Below are positions 38,240-48,626 of a DNA stretch of 64,000 bases, in pieces. Origin of the DNA: Zancudomyces culisetae HAW-14-8 (taxonomy: Eukaryota; Fungi; Kickxellomycota). The stretch is taken from contig JBNJNM010000023.1 in the NCBI GenBank assembly GCA_052426225.1, positions 868,001 to 932,000 of the forward strand, read 5' to 3'. Position 1 is the stretch's first letter; the number at the start of each line of letters is the position of its first letter. The notes under the pieces were generated by a model. That model saw only the letters and a list, made by a program, of their open reading frames with translations. It did no database searches and was not told the DNA's origin. Both the position numbers and the translations under genes were made by a program.

Positions 38240-39147
38240 AAGGCCAATCAACGTGGTTTATTAGGATATAGTCTGTAAAATTGTTTAATTAATCCAGAAG
38301 CGTGTACATCTGTCGCGTATTCTCAAGTTCTTTCTTCTGGAGGATAACCCTTCCAATCAATTAAATATTTTAATTTGCCGTGAACAGTTTTAGAATCTAA
38401 AATCTCTGATACTTTATATTCTATCTGATCATTAACAATAACAGGTGGTGGAGGATCTTGAACAAGATTAGAAAATGAGGTAGTTTTGTGTGGTTTTAAC
38501 AGTGATATGTGAAATACAGGATGTATTCGCATACTTGGAGGTAAACGAAGTTTAACAGCAACTGGATTTATAATTTCCATAATCTCAAAAGGACCAATGT
38601 ACTTATAATCCAACTTCCGACATGGTCTAGTAGATTTAATATTTTGTTGTGATAACCAGACCTTTTTTCCTATTGTAAAGTCTTGTGAATCTTTTCTTTT
38701 AAGATCTGCAAATCTTTTATAATCATTTTTAGCCTTGCATAATTGAACAGTTAGCTCGGATTGAATATTTTTTAAACGCTTAATAAACTCTTCTGCATGA
38801 GGAACTGGAGATTCAATTGTACTATCTAAAGTTAAGTTAGGATTATAACCATAATTGGAGTAGAAAGGGCTAACTTTGGAGCTTGAATGTGTCGCATTGT
38901 TATATGCGAATTCAGCCAAAGGTAACAGTTGAACCCAGTTGTTCTGTTGAAAATTGATAAAACAGCGTAGATACTGTTCGAAGATTTGATTTACACGCTC
39001 AGTCTGCCCATCAGACTGAGGGTGGAATGCTGAAGTCATACTCAAAGATATTTTAAGTAGGCGTGTTAGTTCTTTCCAAAATTTTTAAACAAATTGTGTT
39101 CCACGATCTGAAACTATGTTCTGTGGCATCCCATGAAGTTTAAATAT
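38240..39147 (-). pseudogene. Chromovirus A integrase C-terminal part plus chromodomain
   Basis: FHPQSDGQTERVNQ, YIGPF, IHPVFHISLL and YLIDWKGYPPEERT; contains premature stops. Confidence 0.85.
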
Positions 39148-40505
39148 CAGTGAGTTTCAAAAATGTCTCAAAATATTGAAAATAATTTGCAAAGTGTATT
39201 ATCTCGCTCAATAATATCCAGAAATTATATGTTTTTTATATTATAAAAATGCACAAATGTTATATTCAGATTATATATAAACTGATTTTTATTGGTTAAA
39301 AATACATTATGAAATTATAAATTGAATTAATTTTAAATATGAGACAATTTTGGGTATTTTTCAAAAAAAAATTTAAACTATCATAACTTTATGAATACAA
39401 ATTTTAAATTTTTAAAACTTTTACATATTATAATATATAACAACATTATACTAATCAAAGAAATAATTTTTTAAAAAACGATATCTGAACAACGTAAACT
39501 GGATATAAAAAACGCGATACTTGAAGGCAGAAACATTGACCAAATCATTATAGAACATGGAGTTAGTAAAGCAACAATATACAGATTTAAAGCAGCAATG
39601 AATATCAATTTACCGGCTAATAAACGCAATTGTCCAGCGAAGCTTTCACCCCAAAGCAAGCGAATATGTACTAGGATGATAATATCTGGAATGTATCGAT
39701 CTGTTACTTCGGTACAAAAGTAGTTAGAAATGGATGATATTGTTAGTGCTAGTAAGTCTACAATATATAGGGCTTTTAATGATTTAAAAGCCGTTGCAAA
39801 AAAAAAACTCCAAACCGAAACTGAGCCTTAAAAATATTGCAAAATGGTTGAGATTCGCAAAATCTCATCGCCACAGGACTACTGTTGATTGGAAACGAGT
39901 AATTTGGTCCGACAAAACTTAAATCAATTGATTTGGATCTGATGGAAATGAATGGACTTGGGTTCGTGATGGTGTGAGTCTACAGCCGCACAATGTTAAC
40001 CAGACCGTAAAACACGGTGGTGGATCATTATTGATTTGGGGATGCATCACAGCATTTGGAACTGGCTACATGTGCCGAATAGCAGGAATGTTAAACAAGG
40101 AAGATTATTTAAACATTTTAAAAGACGAGCTTAGCAATACAATAAAGTACTACAAGTTGGATCCCAAGTCAATAATATTTCAACATGACAATGATCCTAA
40201 ACATACCTCAAAGTTAGTTACATGCTGGCTTGAAAACCAGGAATATAATACATTGGACTGGCCGCCACAATGTCCAGACTTAAACCCAATCGAAACTATA
40301 TGAGCAATCATCAAAAGACGCCTAAATAGATACAGTAAACCTCCGTCCGGGATGATCGAATTATGGGAGCGAATAGAAACGGAATGGAATTTAATTTCAG
40401 TGGAAAAAATACTTGGCCACATAGATGGTATCTCAAAAGTATTGAGGCATTTATCAAGTCTAAAGGAAGGTGGACAGAATTTTAAAGTTTTTTTATGAAA
40501 AAATC
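39148..40505 (+). mobile_element. Tc1/mariner DD34E transposon 1 (pseudogenised; right TIR missing)
   Basis: Starts CAGTGAG. Transposase remnants VIWSD, TVKHGGGSLLIWG, FQHDNDPKH and PDLNPIE with stops and frameshifts. Cut by LTR D. Confidence 0.85.
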
Positions 40506-40916
40506 TGTCATGAACTGATTCTAGAATTTTCGAAAACGTTCTAGAATCATTTGATTTTATTCCGCAGTAATGGTTAGAATGTTCCCCAACATTCTAGAAC
40601 ATTACCGAAAATTCACATTATTTATTAATTTTTCTTACGTAATAATTTTCACATGTTTAATTTTATTAGAATTTGAGTTTGATTTTTGTTTGATTACTAA
40701 TCAAATTGGATTAGTAATCAAACACGTTTTTCTTTAACTTGCATATTTAGCTATTCGGCAGTTTTCTAGTGATTTTGTTCAAAAACCAAGGCTGGAAAAA
40801 AGTATAAAAAGGGTACAATTATCCTGTCTTGGATTCAGTATCTAGTATCTTGTATACATTCATACAATAAACATTAATAATAATAAATATAACTTTCCAG
40901 ACTCCAGATCTTGACA
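40506..40916 (+). repeat. Orphan (recombinant solo) LTR of a fourth family, D
   Basis: TGTCA...TGACA, 411 bp, with TATA ~40803 and AATAAA ~40866. Its 3' end CCAGATCTTGACA resembles LTR C. Flanks AAATC and ATTCC do not match. Confidence 0.75.
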
Positions 40917-43900
40917 ATTCCATTCCATCCGTTTCCAAAACAACTCCCATACCTGTGGAGTTTGTAGATGGTACTCCAATGTCTGCCGGTCCAATCACAC
41001 ACCAAACTGTCCCGCTCAAAATCAAGATTGGAGTTCACCAAGAAGTAGCCACGTTTGAAATCATAAACTCCTACCATGTTGACATGATTTTAGGACTTCC
41101 GTGGCTTGAACTCCATGAACCCACTATCAATTGGAAGAAGAGATTAATTCATTTTGATAATGCATATTGCCAAAAACACTGCAACATCAAAAGGTTCTTA
41201 ACTCAAAGATCCAATCCAACGATTATCAAGACTAATACTTCAGTCATGTCAAGACTAGCACCAGGACCAGGACCAGGACCAGCACTAATTAGCCAGAATA
41301 ACCATAGCCAAGAAACCCAAAGTCAGGAAACTAACAACCAGGAAAACCATGTTAAAGATAACCACAGTCAGACTATCCATTGCCAAAGTAACCACAGCCA
41401 GAAAAAATTAAACCAGGAGACTAACCACAGCCAGGAAAACCATAGCCAGGAAAATACTTACAATAGCCAGGAAAATACTGTCAATAGCCAGGAAAATACT
41501 AACCATAGCCAGGAAAACTTAAACCAGGATTATCAGAACCAAGTACACAACCAAGAAGTCATTGAGTCAGTTCAGGATCAAGAATCCACCTCATATTCTG
41601 AAAATGATGATAAAATTTCTGATCCAGAATATGAAACAGATTTAGATTATGAACTTGAATCAGTGTATTCGTTGGATTCTGAGCTGTACTACTCACCAAG
41701 TTCCGATATCAGTGAAATATCAATTCAAAGTGCCAACTCTAAAAATAGTATTCAGAGTGCTGATATGGAAACTTTTGAAGAGTTACGCCCGATGACTCCA
41801 CCACCAGCTGATCCGGTTGAACCAATTCGCAAACGTTCTTGTGATATTGAGTTTCAACAAAAGGTGCCTAACAAAAAGTTAAAACACTCTGTTTTTCATT
41901 TGATAGGCATGATAAACCAAGCCAAACCAATTTCACTACCTCCTGATTCCTTAACTACTACTATTCCAAGTAAATATCAAGACCTCAGCCAAGCTTTTGA
42001 CAAACAAAAGGCCGATACTCTACATCCCCATCGCCCTTATGACTGCCCAATTGATCTGTTACCCAATGCCGCCTTACCGTATGGACCGATTTATCCACTT
42101 GCACCAAAGGAGCGAACAGCGCTTAAGGAGTACATCGATGAAAATCTTGCAAAAGGTTTCATAGTCCGCTCTAAATCACCTGCTGGAGCCCCTGTATTTT
42201 TCACAGGTAAAAAAGATGGCTCTTTAAGACTAGTTGTGGACTACAGGGCTCTAAACAAAGTCGTCAAACGTAACCGGTATCCTTTACCGTTGATGACTGA
42301 GCTACTGGAACGAGTTCAATCTGCCAAAATCTTCACCAAACTTGATCTGCGTGGCGCGTACAATCTGGTACGCATAAGGAAAGGCGATGAAGAAAAAACC
42401 GCTTTCAGAACACAGTATGGTCAGTTTGAGTACAAAGTTATGCCATTCGGCCTGGCTAATGCTCCTGGAACCTTTCAATCATTTGTCAATGACGTTTTTT
42501 GTGATATCCTAGACGTCTATCTTGTCATATACCTTGATGACATTCTGGTATTTTCTGCAACACCTGAAGAATATACTACCCAGGTTCGTACTGTTTTAGA
42601 AAGACTAATCGCTCACAAACTCTACGCCAAACTTGAAAAGTGTGAGTTTGACCAAGAAATAGTAGAGTTTTTAGGCTTCATAATCACACCTGCAGGCCTA
42701 GTCATGGATCCGTCTCGAGTATCTGCAATATTGGATTGGGATACACCAAAATCAGTCAAGGACATCCAATCCTTCCTTGGTTTTGTTAACTTCTATCGCC
42801 GTTTTATCCAAGACTTCTCACGTATTGTAACTCCGATTACCTCCTTACTCAAGAAAAATGCCCAGTTTATCTGGGGCTCAGCACAACAATCTGCTTTTGA
42901 AAATCTCAAGAAACAATGTACCACAGCTCCCGTTCTCTCACATCCTGACCCAGAAACTCAGTTTCTCCTCGAATGTGATGCATCCAACTTTGCTCTAGGA
43001 GCTGTGTTATCTCAGAAAATTAATGGTGAAACTCATCCTGTAGCTTTCTATTCCCGAACGCTGAATCCTGCTGAAAGAAACTACCACATCTATGACAAGG
43101 AACTTCTAGCCATCAAATGTGTCCTCGAGCAGTGGCGACATCATCTAGAAGGTGCCTCTCATCCGGTTTTGGTTATCACCGACCACAAGAATCTTGAGTA
43201 TTTCCGCTCCGCCAAGATTCTAAATCAGCGTCAAGCAAGATGGGCCCTGTTCCTAACCCGGTTTGATATCGAGCTTACTTACCGTCCAGGATCACAAAAC
43301 GGTAAAGCAGATGCTCTATCTAGGAAGGATGAGCATAAGGAGGGGGTGAATCTGGAGGATAGACCTATCTGGCAACCCAAGTTTGTAATTGCAGCTATTG
43401 ACACCAGCCAGGCTGGTGATATCATTTCTCAAATCAAAGCAATTACTGAATCTGATACTCAAGCTCAAGAACATCTAAACAAATCAAAAGTCTCCTGTTC
43501 TGATAATATCCTATTGTACAATGATAGGATGTTTGTTCCTGAATCACTGCGTCTTCAAGTTCTTGTCATGTGTCATGACTCACTGCCAGCTGGTCATTTT
43601 GGTCACGCTAAAACCATGTCCTTGGTTTCACGTCAGTTCTGGTGGCCAAACATGAAAGCCACAATAAGAGACTACATTGACTCTTGCGATACCTGCAATC
43701 GAGCAAAACACATCACTACTAAGCCATCAGGACTCTTAATGCCATTGAATACTCCCAATCGTCCTTGGGAATCAGTATCAATGGATTTCATTGTGGAACT
43801 ACCACGTTCACAGGGCAACACTGTTGTACTGGTTGTTGTGGATCGTCTCACCAAGATGGCTCATTTCATTCCACTCAAAATACACCATCTGCTTATGTTA

Positions 43901-45245
43901 CTGCTTCTAGTTTTATGGATCATGTATTTAAACTACATGGACTTCCAAGTAGCATTATATCTGATCGTGGTTCACAGTTTGTATCCAAGTTTTGGGCCGA
44001 ACTCTCTCGACTTCTAAACATCAAACTTCATCACTCTACTGCATACCACCCACAATCTGATGGTCAGACAGAACGCATCAATCAAATACTTGAACAGTAT
44101 TTGAGGTGTTTTGTTAACTATCAACAAGATAATTGGTGTCAGTTGCTTCCAATGGCTGAGTTTGCTTACAACAATGCAACTCACACTAGTACCAAGGTTA
44201 GTCCATTTCAAGCTAATTATGGGTATGATCCCCAGTTTATTATTAGCCACCTCAATGATTCCAATGTACCAAGTGCTCAGGAGTTTGCTAGTCATCTGCA
44301 AACTATTCAAACTGAGTTAAAACTACACCTAAGTAAGGCCAAGGAGAACTACAAGAGGTTTGCTGATCGCAAAAGAAAGCCTCAAGTTGTTTTCAGTCCA
44401 GGAGATAAGGTTTGGTTGTCTCAAACCAATCTTAAAACCATGAGACCATCTCAAAAACTGGATTTCAAATACATCGGACCATTTGAAATCATTGAGATGG
44501 TTAACCCAGTAGCTGCAAGACTCAAACTTCCTGCAACCATGAGAATACACCCTGTATTTCATGTATCACTCTTGAAACCATACAAGGCCACTGAAATGTT
44601 TAACCGTATTCAAGAACTACCACCTCCACCTGTTATTGTTGATAACCAAGAAGAGTACGAGGTAGCTGCTATACTCGACTCTAAAATATCCAAAGGTAAA
44701 TTGAAATATCTAATCGACTGGAAAGGATACGCACCTGAGGATAGAACATGGGAAGACGCTACTGATGTCCATGCCCCTGATTTAGTTACTGATTTTCATA
44801 TAGCATATCCGAATAAGCCTGGACCATGAAAAGGCATTAGAGGGAAGTGATGTCATGATTTATCATGTCATAACTGCTATTTTTAATAACATATTAAAAA
44901 TAGTAAATGTTAAATTTATTAACGTTTTCTCCGCTTTAATTCTTACTTCTTAAATTATTAATTATGGAGTAAGAATTAATAATTTTTAATTATTTGGTTT
45001 TACCCCATATTATTAAATGTTAACTGTGGAGTTGACAGTTAATATTATTTAGTTTAAGTTATAGTTTAAGTATAGTGTTTATTATGTTTTACAATTTAAT
45101 TTTGTATAATGTAAAACTATATAAGGACAAGGATTTTATTGCTTTAGGAAACTTTAGCAATATAATACTTTTCATCTCATAGTATTTTATTAAATAAATC
45201 ATAGCCATAGTTAATACAAATAGTACTTAGTGTCAAGTCGTGACA
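40917..45245 (+). mobile_element. Ty3/Gypsy chromovirus B, 5'-truncated (starts inside the protease)
   Basis: Pol 40955-44017 and 43765-44829 with one frameshift near 43880: ILGLPWL, RT YLDD, RNase H, integrase, chromodomain. PPT AGAGGGAAG. 3' LTR 44851-45245. Confidence 0.9.
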
Positions 45246-46853
45246 CAGTGACTCAAAAAATTGTTCAAATGTTTTTGATGTTCATTTAAAAATTAGTATA
45301 TCTCACGAATATTATATCGTATCACTATAAAAATTACAAATATTATACATTAATATACCATGTATTACCTATCAAAATTTTAGAATACTTGAACCAGCCA
45401 ATCAACTGTAGTTATACTTTTTGTAATAATATTGTATTTAACAATTTTTTGGTTATAAATTAAAATTTCAATTTTGATGATAACTTTTTCATAATGTTAG
45501 ATAATATTTAAAAATATAAATGTTACTTTTATAACTTAAATTTATCTACACAATACATTTTATTATTAAAATATAAATTTTTGATCAATTTAAATACGAT
45601 GAAAAAACTAAATAATGATAAAGTTTGGAGATTATAAATCTGCTGGATAATGGATACTCATATAGCTTAATTGCATCTAAACTATCTATTAGTAAAGGGA
45701 CAATATCTAACATATAAAAAAATTATCGTTTATCTATAAAAAATTTATCACCTGGCAGCCCAAATAAATTGACAAAAGCTAATGAGCGATTAATAATTCG
45801 GAAAATTACGTCTGGACAATTTGATACAGCGACAGACGCTACAAAATTTTTCAAGGATAATGGCCTCGTATCTGTGGTTCCTCAAACAGTGCGGAATAGC
45901 TCGAAAAATAATGGTATAAGTGCAAAACCTAAGGTCAAAAAACCTATGCTAAAATTAGGCCATATTAAACAACGACTTGCATTTGCTAAAAAATATCAGC
46001 ATTGGACTGTAGAAGACTGGAAACGTGTGATATGGTCTGACGAGACTAAAATTAACAGATTTGGGTCAGATGGGCGCATGTGGTGCTGGAAAAAACAAGG
46101 GAGCCAGTTAAAACCGAACCATGTTAAAAAAACTATAAAACATGGTGGAGGTTCAATCATGATATGGGGATGCATGACATCAGAAGGCCAGGATATCTTA
46201 TTAAAATTGATTGCGGACTTAATGCAGAAATGTATTGTGATATTCTTGAAGACGAACAGGTAAAACCAATGGAGTGGTACGACTTAGACAGGGAAAGTAC
46301 AATTTTTCAGCATGATAACGATCCAAAACACACCGCGAAAATTACTAAAGAATGGTTGCAAACTAACTCAATTCAGGTGCTTGACTGGCCAGCACAGTCA
46401 CCTGACCTAAATCCAATTGAACATCTATGGGTCAATTTGAAAAGACGGCTGTCAGATCACGAAAATGCACCTAAAGGGATAAACGAACTTTGGGACCGCG
46501 TACAAGACGAGAGGAATAAGATAACACGTGACGAGTGTATGTCGCTAATCAGTAGCATGCCAACAAGAATTAATGCATATTGAAAGCCAGGGGTGGATAT
46601 ACTAAACATTAGTTTAATTAAGTTTATATGATTTTTTATCAATAGCATAAAAATTGTTAAAATATAATATTATTACAAAAAGTATAACTACAGTTGATTG
46701 GCTGGTTCAAGTATTCTAAAATTTTGATAGGTAATACATGGTATATAAATGTATAATAATTGTAATTTTTATAGTGATACGATATAATATTCGTGAGATA
46801 TACTAATTTTTGAATGAACATCAAAAACATTTGAACAATTTTTTGAGTCACTG
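45246..46853 (+). mobile_element. Tc1/mariner DD34E transposon 2 with ~205-bp TIRs (frameshifted transposase)
   Basis: TIRs CAGTGACTCAAAAAATTG... at 45246-~45449 and ~46649-46853, followed by TA. Motifs VIWSDETK, FQHDNDPKH and SPDLNPIE. Confidence 0.92.
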
Positions 46854-47825
46854 TATATTCTTTTAACACTTTTCGTTCGTTTAGAGATAAAAGATAAATT
46901 GTACCATAAGGAATTTTAGCATTAAGAATGAGATCTATTGAACAATCATATTGTCTATGGGGTGGTAAGGTGTCGGCTTTCTGTTTATCAAAGGCTTGCC
47001 TAAGATCATAATATTTTTCAGGAATTGAAACCATCACTTGTGAACATGGTTGTGTTGGTTTAGCCTGACTAATTAACCCTATTAAATGGTTCATAATTCT
47101 AGGCTTTTTAAATGTATTTTTATCAATGCTTTCCAATTCTATCTCTCTTTTCCTAAATGGCTCTACTGGATCAGCTGGAGGTGGTGTACGTGGTATAATA
47201 ATTTTATTTTGTTGATATTGTTCATTTTCGTTACTGTAGTTCATCTCTTCTTCCATTACAGATAATAATTCTTCATCCGTAACAGAATTATAATAACTTT
47301 GATTTTTGAGAAAATCTTCAATATCAACATCTTTATCAGGATTAAATTCAAGATCGATGTAAGCGTTTAGATCACTACAGCTAGATAGTGATTGAATTTC
47401 CAAGTTAGAATAAGTTATGGCTTGGGAATGATTTTCTGAATTTAAAATTGATTTTTGGATATTATGTGAATTAGAAAGGCTTTGATTCAAGATAATTGTT
47501 ATGGTTTTAAATTATATGAAACCTTTGTCTCCACAGGACAATGTTTCATATAATTTATCAATTATAACCATAACATTTACCGACCTCCACATTATTAATT
47601 TAAATGTTTTAGTTATGTTTTAGTTATGTTTTAAATTAGTATAATTTTAAAATTATCGTCCCATCATGAAAAGTATATAAGCTATACGATTATCATGATG
47701 GAACGATAAGTTTTACAACGAGTTTAGTTTCGTTTAGTTTATTCACTTATAGTCTAGTTTACTAATAAATATATTTTATCCAAGTCCAGACCTTGACAGT
47801 TTGTAAAACTTCTCTTCAAGATACC

Positions 47826-48626
47826 ATGTCAAGTATATTCACCGAGTCAAGCATTAAACTTCCAGACGCTCCACGTTTTAGTGGGAAACCTTCAGAATTC
47901 CAAGCCTTCATGTCAAGCATTGAGCTTTATTTTTGGGCACGTGGAGATCTATTCAAGACTGAAAAAAACAAAATAGTATTTATTGGCGCACACTTAACAG
48001 GACCCACAGCCATATGGTTTAACTCGCTCATCGAGGAAAAATCAACAGACCTCGCAAACTATGCTCAGTTTTTGGAATTATTTAAGAAGAATTTTTCAGA
48101 CCCCAGCCAAGAAATAAGAGCTAGAGGAGAATTACGTAGATGTAAACAAGGGCCAAGAAGCGTGGCTAACTATGCTGCCGAATTCAGGACTTCAGCCAGA
48201 ATCAGCGGATTTGACCAAGCTGCACTAATTGACCAGTTCTTAAGAGGACTAAATGACAATGTCATGAACTTTCTTATGATGAATGATATGCCTATAAAAC
48301 TGGAGGACACTATAGCTCTAGCTGTAAAAGTTGATAACCGCCTTTCCAATCGACGAATGTTAAGAAGCGCTCCGGGTTATTATAATTCATCATTTCAGAG
48401 ACCAACAACTAAAGCAGAACCTGTTCAAAGTACTATGCATGATGACCTTCCACCTGGTGAACCTATGGAAATAGACGCACTAGTTACCAAACAGCGACCA
48501 CATCTCTCTCAAGAAGAAAAGGACAGACGCAGAGCTCTTGGGTTATGCATGTATTGTGGAAATCAAGGACATATAGCTATTCGCTGTCCAAACAAAACTC
48601 AGTCGGGAAAAGTCCACACTCAGTAA
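47826..48626 (+). CDS. gag: Chromovirus C Gag
   Basis: Retrotransposon capsid, PMEID motif and CMYCGNQGHIAIRC zinc knuckle. Confidence 0.92.
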   Translation: MSSIFTESSIKLPDAPRFSGKPSEFQAFMSSIELYFWARGDLFKTEKNKIVFIGAHLTGPTAIWFNSLIEEKSTDLANYAQFLELFKKNFSDPSQEIRARGELRRCKQGPRSVANYAAEFRTSARISGFDQAALIDQFLRGLNDNVMNFLMMNDMPIKLEDTIALAVKVDNRLSNRRMLRSAPGYYNSSFQRPTTKAEPVQSTMHDDLPPGEPMEIDALVTKQRPHLSQEEKDRRRALGLCMYCGNQGHIAIRCPNKTQSGKVHTQ

